DNA from: Bellilinea caldifistulae
Lineage (GTDB): Bacteria; Chloroflexota; Anaerolineae; Anaerolineales; Anaerolineaceae
Assembly (NCBI RefSeq): GCF_001306055.1
Contig: NZ_LGHJ01000011.1
Span: 210,001 to 242,000, forward strand
Reading direction: 5' to 3'
Length of the DNA: 32,000 nt
The notes under the pieces are model-generated. The model saw nothing but the letters and a program-made list of their open reading frames with translations, did not search any database and was not told where the DNA came from. Both the position numbers and the translations under genes were made by a program. This document shows positions 14,101 through 23,620 of this stretch, piece after piece. The number at the start of each line of letters is the position of its first letter. The first letter of the stretch is position 1.

Positions 14101-14982
14101 ATGATTTATTTATGGATTGTTTCTCTCTTGTGGGCGTTTTCGTTTGGATTGATCAAGGGTCAATTGACCGGGCTGGATGCCAGTTTTGTGGCGTTTGCCC
14201 GGTTGCTGCTGGCGGCGCTGGCCTTTTTACCGTTTTTGCGCCTGCGCGGGGTTGACCGGCGGCTGGCCTTGCGGCTGGCGCTCATCGGTGCCGTTCAGTA
14301 CGGGTTGATGTATGTGACCTACATCTACTCGTTCCGCTTTCTCAAAGCCTACGAAGTGGCTCTGTTCACCATTTTTACGCCGTTGTATGTGACGCTGATC
14401 AACGACGCCTATCGCCGCCGGCTGAACGGGTTCAGTCTGCTGGCAACCGTGATGGCGGTGGCCGGTACGGCTATCGTCCAGCAGGCTAATTTGCTCAGCC
14501 CTGACCTGACGCGCGGCTTTTTGATTGTGCAGATCAGCAATCTGTGCTTTGCGCTGGGTCAGGTCGCTTACCGCGAGGTGATGCGCCCTCATCCTCAACT
14601 CAAGGATGGTCAGATTTTTGGGCTGCTCTATCTGGGCGGCACACTGGCGGCCGGCCTGCCGGCGCTGTTCACCACGCCCTGGGCTACGCTGACCCTGCTG
14701 CCCAATCAGATGCTCACGCTGCTGTATCTGGGTGTGGTTGCCTCGGCGGTGGGCTTTTTCCTGTGGAATGTTGGGGCGCGCAAGGTCAATGCCGGGACGC
14801 TGGCAATTTTCAATGACCTGAAAATTCCGCTGGCGGTGGCGGTTTCGCTGGTTTTCTTCGGCGAGCAAGCCGATCTGCCGCGCCTTTTGATCGGCGGGGT
14901 AGTTGTCCTGCTGGCGCTGGCGCTGAACGAGTGGAATGTGCGTCGGCGCACTCCTCTGCGGATGGCGGCTTCGACCGATTAA
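14101..14982 (+). CDS. EamA/DMT family transporter
   Basis: About 10 hydrophobic segments in two homologous halves, with an N-terminal SLLWAFSFGLIK typical of DMT carriers. The RBS GAGGT lies 7 nt upstream. Confidence 0.8.
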   Translation: MIYLWIVSLLWAFSFGLIKGQLTGLDASFVAFARLLLAALAFLPFLRLRGVDRRLALRLALIGAVQYGLMYVTYIYSFRFLKAYEVALFTIFTPLYVTLINDAYRRRLNGFSLLATVMAVAGTAIVQQANLLSPDLTRGFLIVQISNLCFALGQVAYREVMRPHPQLKDGQIFGLLYLGGTLAAGLPALFTTPWATLTLLPNQMLTLLYLGVVASAVGFFLWNVGARKVNAGTLAIFNDLKIPLAVAVSLVFFGEQADLPRLLIGGVVVLLALALNEWNVRRRTPLRMAASTD

Positions 14983-15055
14983 ACTCAATCGGGCGTGGAA
15001 ATGGTTTGGGAATGTCGAGTAAGGTGGTGGCGGGTTTGCCAGTCCAGGGGAACAC

Positions 15056-15221
15056 ATAACTCCCCGCCTCCACCACCGGCCTTACGGGAGATTGCCGCGC
15101 TCGCTTGCGCTCGCTCGCAATAACGTAAACCCCTTAATGTCACCCCGAACGGAGTGAGGGGTCTCCCCGCCGGTCTTGCGGGAGATTGCCAAGCCGCCTG
15201 ACGGCGGCTCGCAATTACATG
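15056..15221. repeat. Composite intergenic hairpin repeat, two X units flanking one Y unit
   Basis: X units ACGGGAGATTGCC...CGCAATAACG (15084-15125) and TGCGGGAGATTGCCAAGCCGCCTGACGGCGGCTCGCAATTAC (15177-15218) flank the Y unit AATGTCACCCCGAACGGAGTGAGGGGTC (15136-15163). Confidence 0.6.
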
Positions 15222-15254
15222 CCCGCCGAATTGACCGGTTAAATTAATTTGAAT

Positions 15255-15283
15255 TTCAATTCTCCCCGGTTTTATGCTATGAT
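15255..15283 (+). promoter_or_regulatory. Candidate promoter of the REC / HD-GYP pair
   Basis: TTCAAT (15255-15260), then 17 nt, then TATGAT (15278-15283), preceded by TGC. Confidence 0.35.
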
Positions 15284-15357
15284 TTACAAAACAGGCTTTG
15301 TCGGTTGGGGGTGACCTTCCGGCAAGGTGAATTGAACTGGCGGGAGGGTTTCCCCGA

Positions 15358-15801
15358 ATGACATTATCCGTTCCTTTTCGTCCCATTTTGCTGGTCGAGG
15401 ATAACCCCATGGATCTGGATCTCACCCGGCGGGCTTTCAGTCGCCGGCGGGTGCTGAATCCCATTGAGGTGGCGCGGGATGGCGAAGAAGCGATTGACTG
15501 GATCCGCCACTGGGACGAAGGCGCGCCCATCCCGGTCCTCGTCCTGTTGGACCTGAAACTGCCGCGGGTGGACGGGCTGGAGGTGCTGCGCCGCTACAAG
15601 GAACATCCGCTTTATCGCTCCATTCCGGTGGTCGTGCTTACCACCTCGGAGGAAGACCGCGACATCGAAACAGCCTACCGCCTGGGAGCGAATTCCTACA
15701 TTGTCAAACCGGTGGAATTTGAAAAATTTGTGGAGGTAGCCGCCCAGATTGAGGTGTACTGGACGCTGCTCAACCAGCCGCCGGCCCTGCGGAGCGTTTG
15801 A
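15358..15801 (+). CDS. Single-domain response regulator (CheY/Rcp1-like receiver)
   Basis: ILLVEDNPMD, VLLDLKLPRVDG, VVVLTTS and YIVKP are standard REC motifs. Confidence 0.85.
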   Translation: MTLSVPFRPILLVEDNPMDLDLTRRAFSRRRVLNPIEVARDGEEAIDWIRHWDEGAPIPVLVLLDLKLPRVDGLEVLRRYKEHPLYRSIPVVVLTTSEEDRDIETAYRLGANSYIVKPVEFEKFVEVAAQIEVYWTLLNQPPALRSV

Positions 15802-15806
15802 GAAAG

Positions 15807-18263
15807 ATGATTGGCGGTTCAGGTGTTCTTGCCAAAAGACCTGTGCGGGTTTTGTACGTCGAAGACAACCCGCAGGATGCCGATTTAACCGTCCGCTATT
15901 TGAAAAAACACGCTCCCTTTATTCAGATAGAGGTTGTCGTTTCTCAAAAAGGGGCGTTGGAACTACTTTACGAACAGCAGCAGCCCTGCAATCTGGTCTT
16001 GATAGACCGCAATCTTGCCGATGGGGATGGGCTTTCACTGCTGGTTAAACTGCGCAGCCTCAACCTGCCGGTAGCCATTGTGATGGTCACCGGCGGCGGG
16101 GACGAGGAAACCGTCATTGCGGCGCTGAAAGCCGGAGCGGATGATTACATCATCAAGCGCGATGACTATCTGGAACGGCTGCCGACGGTGATAGAAGCAG
16201 CCCTGCAGCATCACCACCAGCAAATCAGCCGCTATAACCGTCCGTTGCGGGTGCTGTATGCCGAACATCATCCCGCCGATATTGACCTGACCCGCCGCCA
16301 TCTGGAGAAGAACGCCCCCTACATCACCCTCGAAGTGGTTAACACCGGCCAGCAGGTTTTGGAGGCGCTGACCGACGCAAACCGGCTTAACCGGCCGGAT
16401 GTCCTGCTGATGGATTATCAGTTACCCGGTGGACTGAATGCACTGGAACTGATCAAAGAGATACGCGAGGTGCGCCGTCTCGCCATCCCCATTGTGCTGG
16501 TGACCGGTCAGGGCGACGAGATGATTGCACTGCAGGCTTTGCGCCTTGGCGTACAGGATTACATCCCCAAAACCGAGCATTACCTTGACCGCCTGCCCTA
16601 CGCCCTGGCGGATGCCTATCACCGCGCCCGTCTGGAACAGGAACATGATGCTCTGCGCAGCAGTGAAGAACGCTTCCGCTCTCTGTTCATGGATTCGCCG
16701 GTAGCCATGCTGGAGCAGAATTTTGCGGAAGTTAAACGCAGTCTGCTGGCGTTGCAGCGGAACGGGGTGAGCGATGTGCGGAATTTTCTGCTCCAACATC
16801 CTGAAATCGTCCGGGATTTGATGGATCAATCGGTAATTGTGGCATACAACCGGGCTGCGCTGCGGCTTTACGGCGTAAATGAGGAAAACCCGCCGCAATC
16901 GCTTGGAGAATTGCTCGACTTTGAAGCGGTGTGGCAGGACTTTATCATCGAACTGAGTGAAATTGCCGCCGGACAGGCTCACTTTCAGCGGGAAACTTCC
17001 GACATCCTGCCGGATGGACGTTGCATTTTCATCAACCTGCATTGGAACGCCCTCGATGGTTATGAAGAAACCCTCGAACGGGTGATTGTCGCGCTTGAAG
17101 ACATCACCGAGCGTAAACTGGCCGCCCAGCGCATAGAGCGTCAGCTGCACCAGTTGGAAGCCCTGCGCACCATTGATGATGCCATCAGCTCAAACCTCGA
17201 TCTGAATCAAACCCTGCAAGTCCTCATCCAGCAGATGCGCAGCCAGTTGAATCTGGATGGGATTGGCGTGCTGCTGTACGATCCGTTAGAACAGAGCCTG
17301 ACCTACGCGGCCGGCAGCGGGAGCGGAGTGGATTTTCCGCTTGGACTGCGTTTTGATTACCGGCAAAGCCTTTCCGGCAAGGCCATTGAAGGCAACCGGG
17401 TTTTGCCCGCCTGTCCGCTGCATGAGCAATGCGACTGCTTCCCGGACGCCTTGAATGAATTTTTAGACCGCCTGCGAGCGGCCGGTTACCACACGATGAT
17501 GGCCATTCCGCTGGTAACCAAAACCAGTCCGCAGGGAGTGATTGAACTGTACCTGCGTTCCGCACCGCCGACGGACGCCGAATGGCTGCAATTTTTACAG
17601 ATGCTCGCCGGACAGGCGGCGATTGCCATCGAAAATGCGCGCCTCTATGAGGATGTTCAGCGTTCCAACCGTGATCTGCTGCAAGCCTATGACGCCACCA
17701 TCGAGGGCTGGACTCGGGCGATTGACCTGCGTGATAAGGAAACCGAGGGACATACCCAGCGGGTGGTGGAACTGGTGATGCGCCTGTGCCGCAAGGCCGG
17801 CCTGAGCGAGGAACTGCTTGTTCACGTCAGACGGGGCGCTTTGCTGCACGATATTGGCAAACTGGGCATCCCGGATGCCATTTTGCTCAAACCCGGCCCG
17901 CTGACGGATGAGGAATGGGTCATCATGCGCCGCCATCCGCTCTATGCTTATGAGATGCTTGCGCCAATCGAATATCTGCGCCCGGCGCTGGATATTCCCT
18001 ACTGCCACCACGAGAAGTGGGACGGCACTGGCTACCCGCGCGGTTTGAAGGGCGAGCAGATTCCGCTGGCGGCGCGCATCTTTGCGGTGGTGGATGTGTG
18101 GGACGCGCTGACCTCCGACCGTCCCTACCGGCCGGCCTGGTCAAAAGAGCGGGCGCTGGCTTACATCATTGAGCAAACCGGCCGACACTTTGACCCGCGG
18201 GCCGTTGAACTGTTCCTTAGAGAGTTGGGGTTAGAGGGTGCAGCGGGGAATGAGGGGCAGTAA
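15807..18263 (+). CDS. Multidomain response regulator REC-REC-PAS-GAF-HD-GYP (putative c-di-GMP phosphodiesterase)
   Basis: Two REC-like regions (VLYVEDNP...LIDRNLADGDG and VLYAEHHP...LMDYQLPGG) are followed by PAS-like and GAF-like segments. The C-terminal HD-GYP signature reads HDIGKLGIPD...HHEKWDGTGYPRGL. The ATG lies at 15807. The track start is a TTG at 15798 that overlaps the upstream TGA. Confidence 0.85.
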   Translation: MIGGSGVLAKRPVRVLYVEDNPQDADLTVRYLKKHAPFIQIEVVVSQKGALELLYEQQQPCNLVLIDRNLADGDGLSLLVKLRSLNLPVAIVMVTGGGDEETVIAALKAGADDYIIKRDDYLERLPTVIEAALQHHHQQISRYNRPLRVLYAEHHPADIDLTRRHLEKNAPYITLEVVNTGQQVLEALTDANRLNRPDVLLMDYQLPGGLNALELIKEIREVRRLAIPIVLVTGQGDEMIALQALRLGVQDYIPKTEHYLDRLPYALADAYHRARLEQEHDALRSSEERFRSLFMDSPVAMLEQNFAEVKRSLLALQRNGVSDVRNFLLQHPEIVRDLMDQSVIVAYNRAALRLYGVNEENPPQSLGELLDFEAVWQDFIIELSEIAAGQAHFQRETSDILPDGRCIFINLHWNALDGYEETLERVIVALEDITERKLAAQRIERQLHQLEALRTIDDAISSNLDLNQTLQVLIQQMRSQLNLDGIGVLLYDPLEQSLTYAAGSGSGVDFPLGLRFDYRQSLSGKAIEGNRVLPACPLHEQCDCFPDALNEFLDRLRAAGYHTMMAIPLVTKTSPQGVIELYLRSAPPTDAEWLQFLQMLAGQAAIAIENARLYEDVQRSNRDLLQAYDATIEGWTRAIDLRDKETEGHTQRVVELVMRLCRKAGLSEELLVHVRRGALLHDIGKLGIPDAILLKPGPLTDEEWVIMRRHPLYAYEMLAPIEYLRPALDIPYCHHEKWDGTGYPRGLKGEQIPLAARIFAVVDVWDALTSDRPYRPAWSKERALAYIIEQTGRHFDPRAVELFLRELGLEGAAGNEGQ

Positions 18264-18304
18264 TCCATCCTGGCAAAAGGGATTTGCGTTCTGGCGCCGG
18301 CCGG

Positions 18305-18724
18305 TTACAAAAAAGCTCCCCCTAAAAACAAAATAATTAACCCCACAATCATCCATCCCAATCTCGCTGAGTAGTTGGGGGGTTCAATTTGCCCATCCCG
18401 GTCCATAGAGCGGATGAGGGGGAATAATCGCCAGTAAAAGGAGACCGTCCCGATTGCCAGAGCAAGCAGGCTGATTCGCTGGAGGGCCTCGTCTCCAAAC
18501 AGGACAATTACAACCAGAAGGAGAAGGAAAATCAATTTTGCCCCGGCCACCCAGTAAACCAGATAGCGGATAAAGGCATGAACATCCGGCATCTGTTTGG
18601 ATTTTTCCCAGGCGGAGAAGACACCCACCGCATTGGCTCTTTTCGAACCGGGTGCAAAGTACAGAGCCAACACGTTGGAAGTTTCTAAAAAAATAAAGGC
18701 TAAAAGAATTATTTTGACGATCAT
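18305..18724 (-). CDS. Small 4-TM membrane protein, unknown function (low-GC island)
   Basis: 139 aa with four hydrophobic segments. GGGAGA lies 7 nt upstream of the ATG. It is the last gene of a co-directional low-GC trio. Confidence 0.6.
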   Translation of the reverse strand: MIVKIILLAFIFLETSNVLALYFAPGSKRANAVGVFSAWEKSKQMPDVHAFIRYLVYWVAGAKLIFLLLLVVIVLFGDEALQRISLLALAIGTVSFYWRLFPLIRSMDRDGQIEPPNYSARLGWMIVGLIILFLGGAFL

Positions 18725-18856
18725 TGCGTATTCTCCCGCAAGTTCAAAACCAGCCGGCTGAAAGCCAGAACAAAAATCACGGGCGGCCCTCTCTTTTGCT
18801 TAGCGGACAGATTTCGAGAGGCATCTTGTGTATGCCGGTGCAGGCTGGCAGCAAGA

Positions 18857-20470
18857 TCATGCCGGGTTTTTCTTCGCCTTTTTGAGGATGTTTTGGGATG
18901 CGTACCAGCCGGTCAGCATCGCAATTGGCACACCCGCCGGGGAATACACCCATTGTCCGGCTTGAAAAACGTTCGGCAGTGGGGTCAGCACCGATTTGGG
19001 GATGTCTTTCAAAGTGTGAACCACAGGGGAGGATGTTTCAAACGACCAACCGGTAATCGCTCCTTCTGAACTGCCGGATACTTTTTGAATGGTCAAGGGG
19101 GTGGCGGAAAACCGGAAAAGGATATCCTCGTGGAGGTTTTTGTAAATCGATTCGGAAAGAACGCGAATCACCGTGGTTTCACAAATTTCTTTGAATTCAT
19201 CATACCAGCCGGCTTGCTCGACCTTTTCCAGAATCTGGTAATCGTAAAGGCAGCTGACCATCAAACCAGTTTTCCCTTCCGGCGCCAGGGTTTCATCCCG
19301 CAAGACCGGAATGGAAATTTCATAGGTATTCAAGCTCAGGTATCTTTCCAACCAGCCGAGAATTTCCTCCTTCGATAATTGCTCAAAATCTCGAATGATG
19401 CGAATTCTTTCTGCCTGATTTGTTTCGCCAAGCCCCTGCCGGGAAGGGGTGTAGAACACATGCTCCCCGCCATTCTGACGAAAGTAGGAAGGCGGGCGGT
19501 TTACGCCAGCATAGAGGATAAAGACGGATTCAGCTCCTTTGGAAGATAATTTACGCTCCGATTCCGTTTTGATTTTGGCGGCGGTATGTGGGTCAAGATC
19601 GTTCACCTTCAGACTGCGATACAGGGTTTTCAAGTCCGCCGCCCAGATCAGATAATCATAAGGATATTCCTGTCCGTCTGCCGCGATGATTTTGGATTGA
19701 GACGGGTTGACTTCCACAATTTTTTTATTCAGTTCGATCCTGCCGCCCCATTCAAGAAGTTTCTCTTCGACGAGGTTGCTTAAAGCGCCGGTGCCACCCC
19801 TGGGATAGAAGTAATCAAGGTAGACATAAAAGTAGCCCAGGGCGAAATGGGTTGGCGTTTTTCTAAAAAAGTGCTGGATGATGATGTCAATCAGCGATTG
19901 ATTGGTGGTCAGACCCTTGAGGAATTCCTCCATCGGCAGGTTGTATTGATTGAGCTTTCTCAGGGCGTGTAAAAACTTAAAGGTCCACGGAATCAGTTTT
20001 CTAAAGATGAAAGCTTTGTCTTTGGTCAGGTCGGTAAAATTCGGGTTGTCAAACTCGTACAGCACGCGGGTGTATTCGGAAATTTGAGAGATGGCGGCGA
20101 TGATTTGCCGGATATCCGGCTCATTTTCGGGGTAAAGTTGAATCAGCATCCGCTGGTATTCGTCTAAATCCTCCATGGAAAGAATGCTGATGAAGTGATC
20201 TTCAATTCCAATCGAAATCCGGTTCTTGAAGAAGTCCCATTCAATCCCCATGTGCTTTAACATGGGTTTGACAATGCCGGAGTTGATCAAAGCCCGCGGG
20301 CCGGTGTCAAAAAAGAAGCCGTTGCTTTCAAAGGTGCTCACCAACCCGCCAATGCGCGCGTTTTTTTCCAACAGCAGCACATCCAGTTTCTCCCGTGCCA
20401 GATAGGCGGCTGCCGTCAAGCCCGCCATCCCGCCACCCACGACAACGACTTTTTTGCGGTTACGTTCCAT
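18857..20470 (-). CDS. FAD/NAD(P)-dependent oxidoreductase, phytoene desaturase (CrtI)/amine oxidase superfamily
   Basis: N-terminal dinucleotide fold VVVVGGGMAGLTAAAYLAREKLDVLLLEKNARIGG, and a length of 537 aa typical of CrtI-like enzymes. GGGAGG lies 6 nt upstream. The gene overlaps the SDR gene by 11 nt. Confidence 0.8.
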   Translation of the reverse strand: MERNRKKVVVVGGGMAGLTAAAYLAREKLDVLLLEKNARIGGLVSTFESNGFFFDTGPRALINSGIVKPMLKHMGIEWDFFKNRISIGIEDHFISILSMEDLDEYQRMLIQLYPENEPDIRQIIAAISQISEYTRVLYEFDNPNFTDLTKDKAFIFRKLIPWTFKFLHALRKLNQYNLPMEEFLKGLTTNQSLIDIIIQHFFRKTPTHFALGYFYVYLDYFYPRGGTGALSNLVEEKLLEWGGRIELNKKIVEVNPSQSKIIAADGQEYPYDYLIWAADLKTLYRSLKVNDLDPHTAAKIKTESERKLSSKGAESVFILYAGVNRPPSYFRQNGGEHVFYTPSRQGLGETNQAERIRIIRDFEQLSKEEILGWLERYLSLNTYEISIPVLRDETLAPEGKTGLMVSCLYDYQILEKVEQAGWYDEFKEICETTVIRVLSESIYKNLHEDILFRFSATPLTIQKVSGSSEGAITGWSFETSSPVVHTLKDIPKSVLTPLPNVFQAGQWVYSPAGVPIAMLTGWYASQNILKKAKKNPA

Positions 20471-21404
20471 TTAAACCTCCCAGCTCCATACTGATCTTCC
20501 ACAACTTCATGGCAGCGTTTTTATCCAGCGCCGGCGGGGCAGGTTCCTCCAGCGTGGTGAGGTTAAAGAACTTGCCCGAAATGTTGTCCAGTTCCGGGGA
20601 AACTCCCAGGTAGTAGAGCGCTTCAGCGGCAATTTCGGTGGAGCGGGCGAACGGATCAATCAACACGCTCTTTAACATTTTATAGAGCCATCCATTTTCT
20701 TGACCGCTGTTTGTTTTGACATTACCCGGATGCATGGCGTTTATGGTAATCCCCGTTCCCTCAAGCTTTTCATTAAGTATTATCATCGAAAGTAATTGGG
20801 CCAGTTTTGCGGCAGCGTAACTTTTCAGACCGGAATAGCGCCGTTTTTCCCAGAATAATTCATCAAAACTGAGCCCTGCCACCGCAAACCGATAGGCCTC
20901 GGAATTGACGTAAAGGATTCGCCCTCTGGTTTGAGTTTTCAGCCTGCCCAGCAGATAATTGTTCAAAATAAAGGTGCTGAGGTAATTGACCTGAAAAACG
21001 GCTTCAAGACCATCTTCCGTCAAGGTTCTTCTGGTCAGGTAGATGCCGGCGTTGTGGATCAGAACGTCAATATCTCTTTCGAGGGCGGCTAAATGTTTGG
21101 CTGCCGAGTGAATATCGGATAATTTCGAAAAATCGGCAAGGAGATAGGTGCAATTCGCATTAAAGTCACGGCGAAGTTGATCACAAATTTCCTGTGATTT
21201 TTGCTCGTTGCGGTTGATCAACAACAGGTCTGCCCCATGAGAAGCATATTTTCTGGCAGCGGCATACCCAATTCCAGAAGTTGCTCCGCTGATCACCACC
21301 AAACGATGATGAAAATCTTCGTCGCAAATTTTGGGGTCTAATTTGAGATTGTGGATCATCGCAAAGACATTAGACCATTTGTACTCGCTCCGGTACGGAT
21401 TCAT
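20460..21404 (-). CDS. Short-chain dehydrogenase/reductase (SDR)
   Basis: The motifs VVISGATSGIGYAAA (TGxxxGxG), NAG and the YxxxK region (YAAAKLA) are present. I prefer the ATG at 21404 (GGGAGG upstream) over the track start at 21455, which has no RBS. Confidence 0.8.
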   Translation of the reverse strand: MNPYRSEYKWSNVFAMIHNLKLDPKICDEDFHHRLVVISGATSGIGYAAARKYASHGADLLLINRNEQKSQEICDQLRRDFNANCTYLLADFSKLSDIHSAAKHLAALERDIDVLIHNAGIYLTRRTLTEDGLEAVFQVNYLSTFILNNYLLGRLKTQTRGRILYVNSEAYRFAVAGLSFDELFWEKRRYSGLKSYAAAKLAQLLSMIILNEKLEGTGITINAMHPGNVKTNSGQENGWLYKMLKSVLIDPFARSTEIAAEALYYLGVSPELDNISGKFFNLTTLEEPAPPALDKNAAMKLWKISMELGGLNGT

Positions 21405-21630
21405 CCCGCCTCCCGCCAGTTTCACCTTTTTTCTCAATAAAATAATAATTCCCATTAAAAAAATCGGTGAGCTGGAAGTATCCTGAACCGGCCCTCAAGC
21501 CAGAGCAGGAAACCCATATACCCCACCCGCGCAATTATAACCCGTTCCGACGAACTGGTTAGATTATTGCAGAGCGGTTGGTCAGCCTTACTTCACAAAG
21601 GGTTGTATCATCAAATTCTCCATAAAAGCC

Positions 21631-21658
21631 TTGACAAAACGCCAATCCGTTCTATAAT
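21631..21658 (+). promoter_or_regulatory. Near-consensus sigma70 promoter upstream of the cysK leader
   Basis: TTGACA (21631-21636), then 16 nt, then TATAAT (21653-21658). It lies about 245 nt upstream of the cysK ATG. Confidence 0.6.
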
Positions 21659-21664
21659 CAAGGG

Positions 21665-21872
21665 CGATAATTAAGATGAAATTGATAAATATTTGGAGTT
21701 GCAGAATGCTTACTTGCGTGTGTCTGAGGCGGGGCTGATTTCAGCCGCTGCCTGAGACGAAACCGGAAACTTTCGCCAGCAGAACCAGACAGTGGCAGTC
21801 AGTCCCGCATGATCCCCTATCCTGCGCGCGGCTTGCTCCGCTGTCTTTTGTTTTTCTGCTGGCTTTTTCTTT
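21665..21872 (+). promoter_or_regulatory. Structured 5' leader of cysK-cysE with a Cys-codon mini-ORF and terminator-like helix (candidate attenuator)
   Basis: The mini-ORF ATG 21706 - TGA 21738 encodes MLTCVCLRRG, with GGAG 7 nt upstream. An upstream in-frame ATG at 21676 would give MKLINIWSCRMLTCVCLRRG. An imperfect hairpin at 21722-21758 covers the Cys codons and the stop. A long helix pairs CCAGCAGAA..CAGACAG (21776-21792) with CTGTCT..TTCTGCTGG (21841-21862) and is followed by CTTTTTCTTT. Confidence 0.4.
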
Positions 21873-21903
21873 AAACCGATTAACTTCATCACAGGAGAAC
21901 ACT

Positions 21904-22836
21904 ATGAAAATCGCTAACGATGTCACCGAATTGATCGGAAACACACCGCTCGTGCGTCTCAACCGGATTACCGAAGGGGCGGTTGCGACGGTTGTCGCCA
22001 AACTGGAGTACTACAACCCGGCCCACAGCGTCAAAGACCGTATCGGTGTTTCAATGATCACCGCTGCCGAAAAAGCCGGCCTGATCAATAAGGACACCAT
22101 CATCCTTGAGCCGACCAGCGGCAACACCGGTATTGCGCTGGCGTTTGTCTGCGCAGCGCGCGGCTACAAATGCACGCTGGTCATGCCCGAAACGATGAGC
22201 AAAGAACGCCGCATGTTACTGCGCGCCTACGGTGCCGAGTTGATTCTCACCCCCGGCAGCGAGGGCATGGCCGGGGCAATCCGCAAAGCCGAAGAACTGG
22301 CTGCCAGTGACCCGCGCTACTTCATCCCCCAGCAGTTCAAAAACCCGGCCAACCCCGAAATTCACCGCCGCACCACCGCCGAAGAAATCTGGCGCGACAC
22401 CGATGGTCAGGTGGATTTTCTGGTGGCAGGGGTTGGCACCGGCGGGACAATCACCGGTGTCAGCGAGGTGATCAAAGCCCGCAAGCCCTCGTTCAAGGCA
22501 ATTGCGGTTGAGCCAGATGCCTCACCGGTGCTTTCCGGGGGACAAAAAGGCCCGCACCCGATTCAGGGCATTGGGGCCGGCTTTATCCCCGAGGTTTTGA
22601 ATACCCAAATTTACGATGAGGTGATTCGTGTCAAAAACGAGGACGCCTTCCGCACCGCCCGTCAGATGGCTGCAATGGAGGGGCTGCTGGTGGGCATTTC
22701 ATCCGGGGCAGCCACCTGGGCCGCTCTGCAGGTAGCCCGCCGTCCCGAAAATGAAGGCAAATTGATTGTGGTGATTATCCCGTCCTTTGGGGAGCGTTAT
22801 TTAAGCACGGCTCTGTTCGCCGATTTGGCGGATTGA
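21904..22836 (+). CDS. cysK: Cysteine synthase A (O-acetylserine sulfhydrylase)
   Basis: PLP-lysine motif [11 protein letters not shown], plus [10 protein letters not shown] and [10 protein letters not shown]. The RBS AGGAG lies 6 nt upstream. Confidence 0.95.
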   Translation: MKIANDVTELIGNTPLVRLNRITEGAVATVVAKLEYYNPAHSVKDRIGVSMITAAEKAGLINKDTIILEPTSGNTGIALAFVCAARGYKCTLVMPETMSKERRMLLRAYGAELILTPGSEGMAGAIRKAEELAASDPRYFIPQQFKNPANPEIHRRTTAEEIWRDTDGQVDFLVAGVGTGGTITGVSEVIKARKPSFKAIAVEPDASPVLSGGQKGPHPIQGIGAGFIPEVLNTQIYDEVIRVKNEDAFRTARQMAAMEGLLVGISSGAATWAALQVARRPENEGKLIVVIIPSFGERYLSTALFADLAD

Positions 22837-22855
22837 GTGGAGAAAGGGAAAGCGC

Positions 22856-23620
22856 ATGTTTGATTGGATTAAGACCATGCAAAATGATATACGCAGCGCA
22901 CTGGAACGCGATCCGGCTGCCCGCAGCCCGCTGGAAATTCTGCTTGCCTATCCGGGTATCCATGCGCTCTGGCTGCATCGGGTTGCCCACTTCCTCTGGA
23001 AGCGCAACTTCAAACTACTGGCACGCTGGCTTTCGCATGTCAATCGCTTTTTGACCGGCATCGAGATCCACCCCGGCGCGAAAATTGGTAAACGCCTGTT
23101 CATTGACCACGGCATGGGGGTAGTGATCGGCGAAACCGCCGAAATCGGTGATCATGTGACCCTCTACCACGGCGTTACGCTGGGCGGCGTCAGCCTCGAA
23201 AAGGGCAAACGCCACCCCACCATTGAAGATAATGTCGTCATTGGGGCCGGCGCCAAAGTGCTGGGCAACATCACCATTGGGCGCGGCAGCCGGGTGGGCG
23301 CCAATGCGGTGGTGATTCACTCTGTCCCCCCCAACTCGGTGGTGGTCGGCGTGCCCGGTCAGGTGGTGGCGCGCAGCAAGTCGGTCGAAGGCGGCCCGGA
23401 CCTGCACCATGACCAGCTGCCGGATGCCATAGGCAAGTCGCTGGCCTCGGTGATGGCGCGTTTGGAAGCGCTCGAACGCCAGCTGCATACCCACGCACTG
23501 GAAGCCAACGGCGGCAACGGCAAATCAATTGGCAAAGACGATGAACGGGTGCTGATCAACCCCCCGCTGGTTCATCCGCCGGAGCATGGCATCTGGCGCG
23601 GCGAAGATTTTTCGATTTGA
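22856..23620 (+). CDS. cysE: Serine O-acetyltransferase with extended C-terminal tail ending in Ile
   Basis: N-terminal SAT helices ([21 protein letters not shown]) and left-handed beta-helix hexapeptide repeats ([30 protein letters not shown]). The C-terminal ...EDFSI ends in Ile, as expected for docking into CysK. Confidence 0.9.
   Translation: MFDWIKTMQNDIRSALERDPAARSPLEILLAYPGIHALWLHRVAHFLWKRNFKLLARWLSHVNRFLTGIEIHPGAKIGKRLFIDHGMGVVIGETAEIGDHVTLYHGVTLGGVSLEKGKRHPTIEDNVVIGAGAKVLGNITIGRGSRVGANAVVIHSVPPNSVVVGVPGQVVARSKSVEGGPDLHHDQLPDAIGKSLASVMARLEALERQLHTHALEANGGNGKSIGKDDERVLINPPLVHPPEHGIWRGEDFSI

Noticed and set aside
21665-21903. A T-box riboswitch upstream of cysK, since T-boxes occur in Chloroflexota and control Cys genes in Firmicutes.
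   Set aside because: No convincing T-box sequence (GGUGGNACCGCG-like) is positioned inside an antiterminator bulge. The only GUGGCA sits just after the 5' arm of the terminator-like helix, which is the wrong topology. The region is kept as an unclassified attenuator candidate instead.
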